From contig NC_068991.1 in the NCBI RefSeq assembly GCF_001194135.2, positions 24,789,701 through 24,853,700 on the forward strand: a stretch of DNA of 64,000 nucleotides, written 5' to 3'. A program made the translations under genes and the position numbers. Below, piece by piece: positions 12,507 through 26,654 of this stretch (position 1 is the stretch's first letter; the number at the start of each line of letters is the position of its first letter). Source of the stretch: Octopus bimaculoides. Its lineage: Eukaryota. Under the pieces are notes generated by a model that was not told the origin of the DNA, did not search any database, and saw only the letters and a program-made list of their open reading frames with translations.

Positions 12507-13641
12507 GCTCTAAATCAAAAGGAACTCACTGATTATACAACTCAGTTTTCTAAAGATATCACCCTACACCAAGCAAGTGACCATCACTCCTACTGATATT
12601 GAATTCATGCACTTCATCAGTGGGGAGATGGTTTATATTGTGTCAATATAACTAGTAGGATGGTCCTTTTCAAGATCCCCATATTATTTATGGTTTTGTA
12701 AATGTGAATAGAATGCACTATAAGTTGAGTACTTTGTGATTTTGAAACTATTTTAATGTTCTAATATTCTTGGAGAGGCAATGTTTGTTTGTTTATATGT
12801 ATGTGTGTGTGTGTGTATATGTATATAATGTGATTTGTTTATATTGGTTTCAAATTTTGACCCCAGTGTTCAAGTGGCACTTATTTTATCGACCTTCAAA
12901 GGATGAAAGGCAAAGTCGATATTGGTGAAATTTGAACTCAGAACTTGAAGATGAATTAAATGCCACTAAGAATTTTGTCTGGCGTACTAACAATTCTTCC
13001 AGCTCACCACCTTATGACATGTTTATATTGACAATAATTTTAGCACAGTAGATATTGAAATATCACTGTCGTAATTTTACGGATATACTGGTAACTTCTT
13101 ATCTCTTTTGACTAGAACTTTTTGAATCATTATATCTTGTGTAGTCATTGATTCTTCCATTACCCTCAGTGGTGACATATTGTTTTATGATCCAGAATAT
13201 GGAACTACTGAAGTTGGCAGAGGTAATTTACCAGAAACTTAGCACTGAAACAAAAGTGAAAGAATTGTTTTCTTTGAAATAAAGTAAACTGTGATACAAA
13301 TTTGATGTAATAAAGTAGTAATTGTAAAATCAAATTTCTGTAAAGTGTCTTTGAGTTATTTTACAATGTTATTAATAATAAACTACTATATAAAAATTAG
13401 ACAGGCTAATACTATCAAAAGCAATTAACTGTAAGATCTACAAAGCAATATGCAGTGATTCACCAAATGCATTGGTTCATTACAGCATACAGCTGAATTA
13501 TGTATCAATCCCAACTTTCCAAGAAAATTAAATGTACTTTCAACATTTATTTATTCCTATAAAGTAAGAGAACAATGGCACGTCTGTGCGTGTGGACACA
13601 TGCACGCGTGCGCGCGCACACACACACGCACAGAAGCACAA

Positions 13642-14008
13642 ATATGGCTGTGTGGTAAGAAGTTTGCTTCCCAACCACATGGTTTAGGATTCAGTCCTAC
13701 TGCATGGCACCTTGGGCAAGTGTTTTCCACTATAGCTTTGTGAGTAGATTTGTTAGGCAAACACTGAAAGAAGTACATCATATTTATATGTATATGTCTA
13801 TGTTTGTCCCCCCCAACACCATTTGACAACTGGTGTTGGTATGTTTACTTACCCTTACCTTAGGGGTTCGGTAAAAGAGGCCAATAGAATAAGTACCAGG
13901 CATAAAGAAGAAAATAGAAAATAAGTACAGGGGTCGATACACTTGACTAAAATTTATCAAAGTGGTGCCCCAGCATGGCAGCAATCTAATGACTGAAACA
14001 GATAAAAG
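13642..14008 (+). mobile_element. Abundant tRNA-headed SINE (other copies near 1066, 24565, 35400, 48005, 50700, 55630, 63000, 63810)
   Basis: Head TGGCTGTGTGGTAAGAAGTTTGCTTCCCAACCACATGG...CACCTTGGGCAAGTG and tail CCCCAGCATGGC.GCA.TC.AATGACTGAAACA recur through the window. Confidence 0.8.
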
Positions 14009-14022
14009 ATATATATATATAT

Positions 14023-14970
14023 AGGGGTTGGACAAAATAATGGAAACACCTTGCATCATAGCATCATAATTTTGAAATATCTATAAAACTGTCAAAAGCT
14101 TGTTTATTTTTATGTTTTTTTATTTATTATTAGTGTTGCTTAATATGTTTTGCTAAAATTGCTGTTTCTTTTCAGATATCATCAGAAAAAGGTAATTAAA
14201 ATTCATCAAAATGACAGATCTATCGGACTTTCAAAGAGGTCAAATTGTTGGTGCTCATATGGCAGGTGCTAGCGTAATGAAAACAGCCAAAATATTTGGT
14301 GTATCAAGAAGTAATGACAGCCTTTGAGAAAGAAGGAAAAACCTCCTCATCAAAACAAAACTCCAGAAGAAAACCAAAACTTTCAGATAGGGACCGTTGG
14401 ACTCTTACATGAATTGTTAGAAAGGATCACAAAAGTACAGCTCCCAAAATTACTGCAAAATTACCTTGAGAACCCAGTTTCCACAAAAACTGCTTGCTAG
14501 CAGCTGCACAAAGCCAGATTTCATGGGAGGGGTGCAATCAGAAAACCACTACTTTCAAAAACAAACGTTGCAAAGCATTTAGAGTGGTCTCTAGAGCAGT
14601 GGAAGAATGTTATTTTCTTGAACGAGTCATCCTTTACCTTATTTCTGACCATCGGCTGAGTATATGCGTGGAGACTGCAAAAGAAGCATTTAACCTAGAC
14701 TGCCTTCTTTCAACTGTTAAACATGGAGGAGGATCTGTGATGATCTGGGGGTGGGGGCTATATCTTGGAAATCTGCTGGCCCAATGGCTTCCCTTCATGG
14801 CAGAATTAATAGTCAAGACTATTTAAGCATTTTATCTGATCAAATTCATCTTATGATTGCGGAACTGTTTCCAGAAGGAAATGCAATCTTTCAGGATGAT
14901 AATACACCAATTCACACAGCTAAAGTTGTTACTGAATGGCACAAGGAACATTCTAGTGAAGTTGAACATT
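14023..14970 (+). mobile_element. 3'-truncated Tc1 transposon (DD34E type)
   Basis: Left TIR-like AGGGGTTGGACAAAATAATGGAAACACC after (TA)n; transposase from 14211 MTDLSDFQRGQIVGA..., TVKHGGGSVMIWG, FQDDNTPIHTAK; frameshifts and stops; ends before the third catalytic residue. Confidence 0.9.
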
Positions 14971-15437
14971 CTGTGAGATCTGCTTCTCCATGCCCTGGTG
15001 CATATTCTTTTCTTTTCTACTCTACACACAAAGCCTGAAATTTTGGGGGAAGGGGCCAGTCAATTACATTGACCCTAGTATGCAACTGGTACTTAATTTA
15101 TCGACCTTGATAGGATGAAAGGCAAAGTCGACCTCGGTGAAATTTGAACTCAGAACATAAAAACAGACAAAATACTGCTAAGCATTTTGTCACCTTATCC
15201 TGGTGCATATTCACCTCTTGTCCAAGGTAGCCATATTCTTCCACCTCCTTTATTACATCATCTCCAACTACTATTCAGACCATGCTGACAGAGCTGGACA
15301 TCAGAAACTTGGAAGCAGGCTTCAAAATGAACTGCATGAAAACCAAGTTCATGTGGTCCAATATTCAGCAATAGGCCAAATAGTAATTGGAGACGATGTG
15401 TATGTGTGTATCTGTGTGCATATGTGTGTGTATATAC

Positions 15438-15480
<43 letters not shown>

Positions 15481-15511
15481 NNNNNNNNNNNNNNNNNNNT
15501 ATATGTTTGTA

Positions 15512-16371
15512 CAGGGTGCAATGGGTAAATTGTTGCCATTTTATATTTTTAATTTCACGCATGTGCATTGTTTGTTTTTGATTTTGTCGACTACACAGCA
15601 TAGTAGAGTCAGTTGGGCTCTGTCTGTGAGAAAAACATCACCGTGACATAATATACCCTGCCAGAAATTTGGAAACGACCTGCTGTACTACTTGAAATTC
15701 ATGCCTGATGCTCCAATAGAAACATTTCAGAGTGTTTGGGCGTCAATCTGAGGATGGTGCAATCTGAGGACATGTACTGAGAGTGATAAAAATCAAACAT
15801 CCAACTAGTGATGATGACATTATGCTTCCATTCAACTTCCCACATGGCCTCAGACTCAACACAGAGGCCTACATCAAGTGCCTGGAGGAGGCAGTGCTGT
15901 CCTGGGTCAAGAGGGTTGCTTCTGGAAGACCCTATGTCTGGACACAGGACACTGCATCATGCCACACAAGCAGAACACAGTCATGGCTGTCAGACAATTT
16001 CTGCAACCACATCACTCCTAACATCTGGCCACCTAACTCCCCAGACGGTAATCCCCTTGATTATTATGTGTGGGACACAGTTGAGCGACAGACCAACAAA
16101 ACTCCTTGTAACACCAAAGATGAACTGAAGGCAAGGATTATGACAGTATTCACCAACTTAAACAAGGAGACAGTCCAGAGGTGTTGCAGGAGATTCCGAA
16201 GACGTCTGGAGGCCATGGTGGAAACCAGTGGCAATTTTATGGAATAAATTTACTCTTCAAGTATTTCAAAATATTTTAATGCAATTTTGGTAGATATATC
16301 AGTTAAAATGAGATGTCAATGTTATTTTCATTTTTGTGTAATTTAGACGACAATTTATTCACCACACCCTG
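15512..16371 (+). mobile_element. Internally deleted DD37D (maT-type) mariner element with both TIRs
   Basis: TA|CAGGGTGCAATGGGTAAATTGT ... ACAATTTATTCACCACACCCTG|TA; ORF 15783-16247 has WTQDTASCH...WPPNSPDGNPLDYYVW (36 residues between the last two D, consistent with one codon deleted from 37). Confidence 0.85.
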
Positions 16372-16434
16372 TATATATGTATGTATGTGTGTGCGTGTGT
16401 GTGTGTATGTGTGTGTGTGTGTGTGTGTGTATAT

Positions 16435-16795
16435 GTTGTTGGCACTCTGTCGCTTACAACGTCGAGGGTTCCAGTTGATCCAATCAACGGAACAGCCTGC
16501 TTGTGAAATTAACGTGCAAGTGGCTGAACACTCCACAGACATGTGTACCCTTAACGTAGTTCTCGGGGATATTCAGCGTGACACAGTGTGACAAGGCTAG
16601 CCCTTTGAAATACAGGTACAACAGAAACAGGAAGAAAGAGTGAGAGAAAGTTGTGGTGGAAGAGTACAGCAGGGTTCACCACCATCTCCTGCCGGAGCCT
16701 CGTGGAGCTTTAGCTCTATAAACACTCACAATGCCCGGTCTGGGAATTGAAACCGCGATCCTATGACTGCGAGTCTGCTGCCCTAACCACTGGGC

Positions 16796-16797
<2 letters not shown>
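16435..16797 (-). mobile_element. tRNA-Arg-derived SINE (OR1/OR2-like)
   Basis: Near-copy of 53525-53908, 5' head slightly truncated. Confidence 0.85.
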
Positions 16798-16826
<29 letters not shown>

Positions 16827-17249
16827 TGCATACATATACATGTATAGATAGACAGATAATCAACAATAATCCACAAGTACTTGAACATGCCCCACCATCC
16901 TTGGAAATATATTTGTAATATAATATTGATATATAATACTTTAGTATAGTATTGATTCACACACATGAGCGCGTGCGCACACACACACACACACAATAAT
17001 TGTATTTTAAGATGTGTACCTTGAACCAGATTGACTGAGAGTTTGTTTTCCTATGTCATTCAGTGACAGTCTTGAGACTTCAAGAGCTTTAGTGAAAATA
17101 ATTGCCTTGCTAGTAGCATCATAAGAGCCATAAATTATGTTTAGCTTGAGAGGTAGCCACAATGTTTGTCTGAAGACTTTATCCATCATCCATCTCCCAC
17201 CCATATGATTGGAAACATTTATCAGATTGCACAAGTTGTGTTTTTTTTA

Positions 17250-18140
17250 GGTGATGAAAGTCATGGAGCAGGTCATAGCCCAACTAATTAGGGTGAGAGT
17301 TACTTTAGATGAGATGCTATATTTCTGGTAAGATGGCTGCAGGAGAAATACCTAACCAAAGATAAACCTCTGTACTTGGCTTTTTTACATGGAGAAAGCC
17401 TTTGACATGGTCCCCTGATCCCTTATCTGGTGGTCAATGTGAAAACTAGATGAGTGGTTGGTGAGAGCTGTACAAGCCTTGTATAGGGATGCTGTCAGTA
17501 AAGTGAGGGTTGGCAATGAGTATAGCAAAGAATTCAGAGTAGAAATAGGGATTCACCAAGGATCAGTCCTCAGCCCCCTCTAGTTCATCATAATCCTCCA
17601 GGCAATAACAGAGGAATTCAAGACAGGCTGTCCCTGGGAGCTCCTCTATGCTGATGACCTTGTTCTTATAGCTGAATCACTATCAGAACTAGAGAAGTTT
17701 CAGGTGTGGAAGCAAGGTTTAGAATCAAAGGGCGTTAGAGTTACCTAACAAAAACTAAAGTCTTAGTAGGTAGGAAGGAGGACAAATCACAAATCCCTTC
17801 AGGTAAATGGCCCTTCTCGATCTGTAGAAAAGGTGTAGGTAGAAACTCCATAAGATGTGCCCACTGTAAGCTATGGACACATAAGAAGTGCAGCAATATC
17901 AAAAGAAGGTTAACTGGGAAGATAGGTTTTGTGTGTGGAAGATGTACAGGTGCACTAAACACCAAAAATATACAGAAAACAGATTCCATCACACATTGGG
18001 TGGGGCAGGGACTAGAAGTAGTTGATAGCTTCTGCTACCTAGGTGACCAAGTCAGTAGCGGTGGTGGATGTTCTGGGAGTGTAGCTGCCAGAATAAGAAT
18101 AGGCTGGGCGAAGTTCAGAGAGCTCCTACCTCTGCTGGTA
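17250..18140 (+). mobile_element. RTE-clade LINE reverse transcriptase fragment
   Basis: Remnants MEKAFD.VP, GIHQGSVLSPL, ELLYADDLVLIAES, LEVVDSFCYLGD, RIRIGWAKFRELLPLL with stops and frameshifts. Confidence 0.9.
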
Positions 18141-19512
18141 TACTGTATGATTAAGAAATTTGCTTTGCTATTGCATGGTTTCAGGTTTGATCCCATTGTG
18201 TAGCACCTTGGTTAAGTGTCTTCTAGTTTCTATAGCCTTGGATCAACTTATATTGATTTGAATCTATGGTAGAAGATACTTGCCCACTGAATGTAATCTA
18301 GGAGACTGCTGAAACCTGTCAGAGCAACCTGTTCTCGTTTTTGACAGCAGATACAATCTAGTACCTAGTTTAACACTACCAGTTGGTCTTTGGGTATTTC
18401 AGTAGAGTACATGCTATTGACAATTCTTTCCTTTCCTCCCACCAGTATTGGGAGCTCTGAAAAAGTCATAGGTGCTATCCTACATTCTCTAGCTAAGTAT
18501 TAAAAATATAAAAAAATAGTGGCTGTCACATTGACCAGAATTACAAGCACTGTTGCTGCTCAGTAAGTGACAATAACTGTAATATGATACAAACTCACAT
18601 TGCTCACTTGACTTTTGTGACTCTCAGTAGTTTAACTGATGCGACTTTTAGTAGTGTGATTAGAATTTTTTACTGGAATAAAATTCATTTTAAGCAATTT
18701 CTATTCTTTTTTTAACACCCATTTTATATAACGTAATAAGTCTTTATAACTTTTCTTGTTTTAACTTTCTTTCAAGAAACCCATCTAGTTTTTTAGGTCA
18801 CTTCTGTTTCGATCCCTCTTACTAAATGTTTTATTACTGGTTTGCCTCTTTCTATCACTCTGTTTCGCTCATTCTTCGCGTATTTTTTCTGTTTCTCTCT
18901 TTACACTTTCGTCCCTCAGTCTTTCACTAGCTTGTTCTTTATGTTTATATGACTTTTGCTTTCATATCTCTCCCCTTATTTTCTTTCCACTCCTTCACAT
19001 TCTACAGTTCTCTCATCGATACAGTTTTTTTCTTCCATTCTCGCAAGTTATTTCTTTTTATCCTCTAAACCTGTTGCTCTAGTTTTGTGTCAGTTCTCTC
19101 TCCGCACTTGCAATTTTATTGCCTCTACCAACTGTTTTTCATAAATATATTTACATACACACACACACACTATCTTCTACAACACTAAATACATAAATAA
19201 CAGACTCAGCGATTTAATCTAACAGCAAGTAACTTCCTATGCCCATTCTACTTGTCTTTCCTTTATCCCCCCCCCCCAATAATCATATATACAGACATAA
19301 AATATGTAATTTTCTAAAATATGGTTATCTCCCTTCAAATGATGATCTTCTTTCTCACTTATATAATATCTCGAAGATAGTTTACTAGTATGTCGCCTAT
19401 TATAGGCTAGCATCAAGTACTCTTGTCGCTAGTTTTTCGTTCTTTATCTCTTCGTCATCTTTTGCTTTATATATAGTTATAGTCTAAAAGAAACCTAAAT
19501 CAACAAGTAGCC

Positions 19513-19610
19513 ATGGCAAATAATAACAACGAGGAAAAAGCTCGCCAGCTCCTACTTCAAGCAGAGAAAAAACTCGGATCTTCGAAAGGTATTCTCTCGT
19601 CATTGTTTGG
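19513..19610 (+). CDS. NAPA: Alpha-SNAP (NSF attachment protein alpha) exon 1
   Basis: ATG...MANNNNEEKARQLLLQAEKKLGSSKGILSSLFG, donor GG|gtaagc, 98 nt, phase 2. Confidence 0.93.
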
Positions 19611-20071
19611 GTAAGCATATTTTGATTACAATGTAAACCCAATTACTCCGCCTCCCATGTTAGAAAATATATATATATACAGTAGGATAAAAAAAAAAGG
19701 GATGAGCAAATACAGAATGGTGTTTCCTACATTGTCGAATCTGTCTGTGTAAATATGCATTTGCCCGTCCCTCTCTTATACGAAAGAAAACTCCCCAAAT
19801 TACTCTAGAATTTGGTTATCTCAGATTAATGTATTTATTTCAGTAAATAGTGCTCACTTTTGATCAGACTGTCACTTCACATATGAATATGAATTTCACA
19901 TATTTTAAAAAACATTTTCCTTTCCACTTGCATCGTCTTGCTTGGTTGTATTGTGTTCTTTGGACATTCGAACGCTCTGACAACAGATATGTTCTTATAT
20001 ATACATAAATTTTACATATTTACGCATACACATCATATTTATACATATCTGCTTTACATTACTTATTGCAA

Positions 20072-20115
<44 letters not shown>

Positions 20116-20695
20116 ACTGGAGTTTACACTCTATCGAACGGATACACACATACATGTTCTTATACATTACTCATACAACCATATCCACATTTGAGGTCTA
20201 GGATTTGTGACCTATTGAACAGTTTATAACCTAATTAATGTAGATATACCTGTAATTCTATATGTCAAGTAGTTAATATGTGTGTGTTAAATATAATGTA
20301 ATGTTGATTTTACCACCCCCGATATCAGTCGGGTGGGCTGTCAAAGAGATCAACTCAATTCACACCAATATTATCTCTGACATCACATCAGGATCGATTG
20401 TTTGTCATTACGAGTAACCTATAATATTATAGTATCAAGTCTGTGTGTATGTATGTGGATGGATTTGTTCATTCTAGTGGACGTGTGATATGATTAGTAT
20501 TTTTTTTTATCATACATGACGTGATGTGATATTTTCATCACCCTTTCACAAAATAAATATTTATTATAATACTGCCACTTGTCATATAACAAACTCGAGC
20601 ATTCTTCGGACTACGTAATAAATAGATTTCTCTAAATAACAAGTGTTCAATTTTTCGCATACATTTACCGTTACAGCTTCTGGTACTACCACCAC

Positions 20696-20748
<53 letters not shown>

Positions 20749-22110
20749 TTACTTTTCGTAATGAGATAAAAAAAAAACCCAAGGCTGTGTACATTATAGA
20801 ACATTTATATATATATATATATATATATGTTTTATTCCTAATGGACACTAAACATTTTGCTTTTTGTTGTTGTTTTAAATTTCTTTTCGTTGGATTTAGC
20901 TTTAAAGGAATTTTAGGTTTTACACATGTCCTCTTAACAAAAGTATTATTCTGAAAACAAGGATTGAAGGCTTAGATAAAATTATTTTGAAAAAATTATT
21001 TAATTTGAAAATCTTCAAATGGTGGTGGTGGTGGTGGGAGACAAGGCATTTATATTTTGTACTAATTTACAGTACAGTTATTTTGATTATTATTTAAAAA
21101 ATTATTATTATTATGAAATCATCATTTTTATGAATAAGCAAATCGTTACTATTTTTTCTGTCGTTATTTATTATGCACGCACTATGCTACTACCGTAAGT
21201 TTTTGGCGAATCAAGACCGTAACATAGTTTCGATTCACAGTTGAAATTAATTTTACTGCATCGCTAATGAAAAAGGCATAAACGTCATCATAGCACATTT
21301 TAGATTGTCTTTTGGGAATTTATAACTTCATGATTATTCTAAGAGATTGTTAATTATTTGTGTCAATGCCCAACGTAAATCGTCACTAAATAGTAAACAC
21401 TCATATACATAAAAGCTATCAACATAAAGCTATTATCATAATGAATGTACATGCAAATAAAATTTAGCAAAACTAGTATTCCTATAGAGCATGCATGCAC
21501 GAATTTATAGTGGGGACATAAGTTATGTTTATAATTCAAAGGCACTTTATTTTTTTGTTGCAAAATAATGTAATGAAAGATTGACTGTCTTTACTTTCAG
21601 CAACAATTTGGTGGTGTGACATGTAATTCGATAGGAGATCCAAATTAAATTCTTACATCAAATTTTCCAAGCACAAGAAAAATACTGACAGTGGTTCTAC
21701 TAAATTCGTTATTTTCAAAATTAATTGTAAGAAAGGCAGTGTATTTCATCCGAAAGTAACAAATGGTGAACCACTTTCTTTAAGTTTATAATAAATAAGT
21801 TATAAGTAGTTATTACCTCGTATTGTGTATGTGCACCTCAGCATATCAAGAAACCGCTTGTGTTTATAAGGAGCTATCTGAAAAGTGGGCGTTGGTATTG
21901 AAGAAAGATTGAGTTTATTGAGTTTTATTTTATTTAGGGAATGGGGTACTATTTTGGAGAGGGCCTAGGCTTAGTTAAATGAATTGGTCCTAGTATTTCA
22001 TTGATCTGGGAGTAGATATTATCAGGGTGTGAACTCACCAGAAGGAAGTATTGAATTTTGAAAACTATAGAAACACTGTTTTCATCTGTCCATTATTCAC
22101 TAACAACTGT

Positions 22111-23040
22111 CATCATCATCATCATCATCGTTTAACGTCCGCTTTCCATGCTAGCATGGGTTGGACGATTTGACTGAGGACTGGTGAAACCGGATGGCAA
22201 CACCAGGCTCCAGTCTGATTTGGCAGAGTTTCTACAGCTGGATGCCCTTCCTAACGCCAACCACTCAGAGAGTGTAGTGGGTGCTTTTACGTGTCACCCG
22301 CACGAAAACGGCCACGCTCGAAATGGTGTCTTTTATGNNNNNNNNNNNNNNNNNNNNNNNNNNNNNNNNNNNNNNNNNNNNNNNNNNNNNNNNNNNNNNN
22401 NNNNNNNNNNNNNNNNNNNNNNNNNNNNNNNNNNNNNNNNNNNNNNNNNNNNNNNNNNNNNNNNNNNNNNNNNNNNNNNNNNNNNNNNNNNNNNNNNNNN
22501 NNNNNNNNNNNNNNNNNNNNNNNNNNNNNNNNNNNNNNNNNNNNNNNNNNNNNNNNNNNNNNNNNNNNNNNNNNNNNNNNNNNNNNNNNNNNNNNNNNNN
22601 NNNNNNNNNNNNNNNNNNNNNNNNNNNNNNNNNNNNNNNNNNNNNNNNNNNNNNNNNNNNNNNNNNNNNNNNNNNNNNNNNNNNNNNNNNAGTCATCGCC
22701 TCGGTGAGGCCCAATGTACGAAGGTCTTGCCTCACCACCTCAGCCCAGGTCTTCCTGGGCCTACCTCTTCCACGGGTTCCCTCAACTGTTAGGGTGTGGC
22801 ACTTTTTCACGCAGCTATCCTCCTCCATTCTCACCACATGTCCATACCAGCGCAATCGTCTCTCTTGCACGCCACAACTGATGCTTCTAATGTTCAGCTT
22901 TTCTCTCAAGATACTTACACTCTGACGGGTATTCACATTGACATTACACATCCAACGGAGCATACTGGCTTCATTCCTTGCGAGCTTACGTATGTCCTCA
23001 GCAGTTACAGCCCATGTTTCACTGCCATGTAGCATATAAG
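22111..23040 (-). mobile_element. Young RTE LINE 3' end (ORF2 C-terminus, 3'UTR, (GAT)n tail) in alpha-SNAP intron 1
   Basis: Open frame LHGSETWAVTAED...RRLRWYGHVVRM...GRGRPRKTWAEVVRQDL up to the N-gap; tail ends GGACGTTAAACGATGATG. Confidence 0.92.
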
Positions 23041-26000
23041 CATGAAACCTGAAATTTTTATAAGGAATATGTTGAAAGTTTAGCATTTATAATTAATTAA
23101 TGGTGCACTAAACAGTGGATGATGATATTTAATGTATTTGTGAATGCTCAAATGTGGAAACTGTCTTGGATGACAAGTTCTTTGTAGACTTGTGTGCATG
23201 AAAATTAACCATGTTGGGCTATGAATAATGCCAGTAAACTTTAAGGTGTGTTTCTGTGTAGTTTCATCAGTTACAGACGTTGAATCAGTTGTTCATAGCT
23301 CACTAAAATCTGCCAGTCTTATATGTAAAGAGCAAAAAATACATTTTGCTGGTACTTGCTAAGCTTTGTCAAATTGGAATTAATTAATAACACACTAAAG
23401 GTGGTGAGCTGGCAGAATCATTAGCACGCTGGGCAAAATGCTTTGTGGCATTACATCTCGTCTTTACATTCTGAGTTCAAATTCCATCGAGATGAACTTT
23501 GTTTTTCATCCTTTGGGGGTCAGTAATATAAGTACCCGCTGAGTACTGGGGTTAATGTAATTGACTTGCCCCTGAACTTGCTAGTCTTGTGCCAAAATTT
23601 GAAATTAGTTAAAGACACCACTATGCAGCGATCTCTAACTGATGAAGAAATGTATCTTACATGCAGAAAAGTATCTTACACTAATGATTTCATTTAGAGC
23701 TCAGCTCAGAGAATGTCTCCTTTGAGACAGATACCACCATGATCTTTCCATGTTTGAATGCACATGAACATGTTAAATATAAATGTATATTTTATTTTAA
23801 TCATTGCTGCATAATGTGCTTTTAATTAGATAATTCCATCTTTATAAGATGAACACTCACCAACAAATGTATTTTTTGTTATTTACTTATAAGAACAGTA
23901 GTTCTTAGTGAGCTATGAATGATTGATTTGGTGTCTGTAACTGACGAAGTGTAAGACACATGTTTCTGCATAGTTACACTGGCATCATTTGTAGTCCTGC
24001 TCAGTGTATTTTTACACATGTAATCTATAAGAATTCCTACTGTGAGGAAGTTACCACAGCAAAGGTCTTTCTACATTTGAGTGAACTGAAATGTATTAAA
24101 TGTAAATTTACACAACTTTATTTTAGCATTCATGCTTTTCCACATGGTTGTTATGCAACTTAAATAAATCAAATTACTTCCAAGTTGAAGCTGAAATTAA
24201 ACTGTCACTGCCGTATATATATATATATATATNNNNNNNNNNNNNNNNNNNNNNNNNNNNNNNNNNNNNNNNNNNNNNNNNNNNNNNNNNNNNNNNNNNN
24301 NNNNNNNNNNNNNNNNNNNNNNNNNNNNNNNNNNNNNNNNNNNNNNNNNNNNNNNNNNNNNNNNNNNNNNNNNNNNNNNNNNNNNNNNNNNNNNNNNNNN
24401 NNNNNNNNNNNNNNNNNNNNNNNNNNNNNNNNNNNNNNNNNNNNNNNNNNNNNNNNNNNNNNNNNNNNNNNNNNNNNNNNNNNNNNNNNNNNNNNNNNNN
24501 NNNNNNNNNNNNNNNNNNNNNNNNNNNNNNNNNNNNNNNNNNNNNNNNNNNNNNNNNNNNNNACCGAGGCTGGTGTGTTTACGTCCCCATAACTTAACGG
24601 TTCGGCAAAAAGAGACCGGTAGAATAAGTACTAGGCTTCCAAAGAATAAGTCCTGGGGTCGATTTGCTCGACTAAAAGGCGGTGCCCCAGCATGGCCGCA
24701 GTCAAATGACTGAAACAAGTAAAAGAGTATACTATGTTGACTGCTCTTATTGTAACAGTTCCTGAGTTAGTTTTTTCTGAAATTGAATTCTTCTCTGAAT
24801 AATGATAGCAAATTCTTATTTTTAAAGAAATAACTAAAATGCCATCATCATCAGTTCTGCTTTAGCCATACTGCCATTGTTTATCTCTTTCTCATGGGTT
24901 TACAATACAACATCCATCTATATATTATTCCTTCCTCATAATGCAAAGTTCACAGAGTCCCAACTACTTTGATCTACCACTGTTGCATATTCAATCACCA
25001 AACTATGACACTTTCCTCTAACATGTGTCATCAATACTTGTTCGTGTCTATATCAATATTATCAGTTTTCATATATATGTATTTACCAATGCCTTTGATA
25101 CCTTTTTAGTTTTTCAACTTAACTGCATTCAAACTTCTTCATAAATTACCATCATGCTTGTTCTTGTCCAAAATGTCAACCCTCCCTGCAAATCCCTGTC
25201 TGCTAATGTCTTTCCTACAGACATTGATGCACAGATATTCAAGCTAAGCATTAACCATACCATTCTCACCAATCCCAGACAGCCTGTAAATTAATAAAAT
25301 ATACTCAATATACCAAATTTTTTTAGACTGTAGCATTTATACCAGAATTTATATTAAGATTATATGGTTTACAACATCATTTGTGTCACACTCAGCTCCT
25401 CAGATGAAAGATGATCTTTGCCATTGACTTATTTTTGGAGGGTAGAATGAACAACCATTCTCTTGAGTTTTTAATCTATATCTAAATTCCTTAACACCCA
25501 CCACAGTCTAAAATGTGGAACCCTACAATGTAGAATTATTTGTTCTTGTTTGTTAAGAAGTTGTTAACTAGACATGACATCTATATTTCCATATCCAGAT
25601 TCAAAGCTATATGGTTTATAATGAAATAGTTAAGTGAGTGCTAACATAGTTGATGTTGGTAGGGCTGTTTTGTATGTTATAGGCCTTAGAATATACCAAT
25701 GTGATCCCTACTATTTCTAGCATAATAAATGACCACGTAGAGGATGGACTACCTTTCGAGTTAGTTTAAAAGATAGAAATTAAGAGTGTGATAAAATAAT
25801 GAAAGAAATATTTACTGAGTAAGTGAGTACTATTAGACAAATGAATGAAATGAATGATAATTAGGTGTGACATATCAGAAAAGTTACACAAATTGGCAGT
25901 TAAATGCGTTGACTAGCAGAATACCACCCAGAGGGCAATCTTTCTGCTAGATAGTTTAATGATTAAGTCTAGTCGAGAAAGACAACTTGAATTAAGAATT

Positions 26001-26116
26001 GAATGAAGATATGCATGAAATGTGAAACCTGAAACAAAATCAATGATGTGTGGCCTGTGTTGTGTGTGTGTGTGTGTATATGTGTGTGCGTATCTTTCTC
26101 TCTTTGTCATATATAA

Positions 26117-26316
26117 TTTACAGACGAGAAAGTAAATTTTGAATGCAGTATAGCTGAGAAAACAGCAGAGAAAGATTGGGTATTTACCCTTAGAAGACAG
26201 AAAAAAATTGCCAGCAGGCAGCTACTTTTTTCCATCTTCTAAGGGTAAATATCCAATCTTTCTCTGCTGTTTATACAGCTATACTATGTTTGAAATTTGT
26301 TTTCTTGTCTGTAAAA
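26117..26316. repeat. ~200-bp imperfect hairpin in alpha-SNAP intron 1
   Basis: Arms of ~80 nt: ...TATAGCTGAGAAAACAGCAGAGAAAGATTGGGTATTTACCCTTAGAAGA / TCTTCTAAGGGTAAATATCCAATCTTTCTCTGCTGTTTATACAGCTATA...; loop ~38 nt. Confidence 0.85.
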
Positions 26317-26396
26317 TACCAACACATTCGGTGTTTCCAAAGTTTGTTTATAAAATATTCTCATGTCTTTGCTTGATTCAATTCATAGTGTCATAC

Positions 26397-26481
<85 letters not shown>

Positions 26482-26654
26482 GCACACACATGTTCACATA
26501 CACATATACTTGTTGGCATTAGGAAGAGCATTCAGCCATAGAAACCACACCAAAGTAGATACTGTAACACTATGCAGTCCTTGGACCCATCAGATTCTTG
26601 TCAAACCATCCAACCCATGTCAACATAGATGTTAAATGATGATGACGATCACAA

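Noticed and set aside
19507-19520. X-box-like GTAGCCATGGCAAA over the alpha-SNAP start codon
   Set aside because: The terminal base mismatches the consensus and the sequence is explained by Kozak context plus Met-Ala-Asn codons.
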